Shown here: positions 18,277 through 19,332 of the stretch, piece by piece | How positions within the stretch are numbered: position 1 is the first letter of the stretch | Layout of the letters: each line of letters begins with the position of its first letter | DNA from: Candidatus Zixiibacteriota bacterium | GTDB taxonomy: Bacteria > Zixibacteria > MSB-5A5 > CAIYYT01 | Reading direction: 5' to 3' | Assembly (NCBI GenBank): GCA_040235515.1 | Contig: JBECKX010000128.1 | Location: 1 to 19,332, forward strand | Length of the DNA: 19,332 nucleotides | Notes under the pieces: generated by a model | What the model was told of the DNA's origin: nothing | The model's database searches: none | What the model saw: the letters and a program-made list of their open reading frames with translations, nothing else | Program-made: the position numbers and the translations under genes

Positions 18277-19332
18277 TCAAAATTCGATCCTCACTCCGCC
18301 TCGCACTATAAGCAGTGACCCGGTTTCATCCCCATAAACCCAGCCGCCCGAATCATCCGTAAGATCGCTGTATTCAGCATCAGCCGTCAGAGTTACCCGG
18401 GGGGATAAGAGATATTCGATCCCGAGATTGAGTCGCAGCCACTTGTAGTCGAGATCGGAGTAGGTGTGCATCTCGAGGAAGGTGAAATCCTGGTGACTCA
18501 GGTGACCATCCAGCCTTTCTTCAACTGATGGCATCTCGACCTGCTCCAACTCACCTTTCGACAAATTGTAGTTGGCAAAAGCGGTGAGGATAACCCGAGA
18601 GGATGGAATGAAGCTGACGTTGAGATTGAAATTGTGAATGTTGGCGGTATAATCGCTCATCGTGTACATCGAGCCAAAGTGTTGGCTCAGGGTGACTTCT
18701 TCTCCGTCGACGCTCACGGCGTCGTTAAATATATGGCCCGCTCAGCCATCGAAGAGGGCAACAGCCACCGGCCCCCGCGATTTGTAGTAGTTAAGCGTGT
18801 ATCCTCCACTCAGGGACCACCTCGGCTCCGGCGTGAAAGTCAACTGCAGATTCGGTTGCAGTGAAGTGTGTTTCACATCGAGCGAATCGAGCTTGCTGTT
18901 CTTGTCGAACTTGCCCTTCAATCCGACAAAGATTGAGGTCCGATTTCCGGTGGTGATGGTAGAATTCCACTCGACTTGATGTTCAATGGTCGGCTCGGTT
19001 GTGATATCCTGATAGCGGAGATCCTCCCGTTGATAGTAGAACGCAAACCCGGGCGGGGTAATGATTTCCAGTTCTTCGCGACCGACTCGTTCGAATAACC
19101 CGCGTCCCGAAGTGAAGGGATCAGAAGTGCTGACTATTCGATACTTCAAGTTGGTGGAATACTTCAATCCCTTCCGATAACGCGCTTTCGCTTGCCCGAT
19201 CAGCCGGGTTGTCGTCAATCCATCACCCGGTGTGATGTAGTCCTCGCGGCTGATGTTCTCGACTCCACCCAGGAATGAGAGGGTGAGTCGCGGGTTGACG
19301 CGTGTGGTTACTTCAGCGGACCCCTTCAACTC
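18277..19332 (-). CDS. outer-membrane beta-barrel protein, probable selenoprotein (Sec at TGA 18742-18744); 5' truncated
   Basis: ORFs 18742..19329 and 18277..18717 are in the same frame with one TGA between them: ...VALFDG-U-AGHIFNDAVSVDGEE. Alternating beta-strand pattern on both sides; C-terminal beta-signal GGVRIEF. Confidence 0.82.
18708..18724 (-). other. bacterial SECIS-like hairpin
   Basis: mRNA CGACGC-CGUGA-GCGUCG. The loop starts 23 nt after UGA, with GU at loop positions 2-3. Confidence 0.72.

Overview
The window has two parts. Left (~1-8690) is a more AT-rich accessory region. It holds the 3' end of a RelE/ParE-like ORF, a degenerate IS3-family element splitting a small gene, a two-gene operon (Era/YeeP-like GTPase plus a 77-aa amphipathic protein), a DUF932 mobile-element protein, several orphan membrane proteins, a variant Nudix hydrolase, nested IS remnants and a lipoprotein. 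It ends at a displaced tmRNA/tRNA-Ala-type 3' end (CCCCCCACCTCCACCA), a likely att site, so it is probably the distal end of a genomic island integrated in ssrA. Right (~8830-19332) is more GC-rich chromosomal sequence: a SAM methyltransferase broken by a TGA at a normally Trp position, a wHTH-TPR regulator divergent from a DinB-family gene, a membrane protein, pip, a DinB/Ser-Thr kinase chimeric pseudogene, katG and a PerR-like regulator sharing a 19-bp operator-like motif. The last gene is an outer-membrane beta-barrel whose two 'ORFs' are joined by an in-frame TGA followed by a bacterial SECIS-like hairpin, i.e. a probable selenoprotein. All calls come from reading the sequence; no searches were run.
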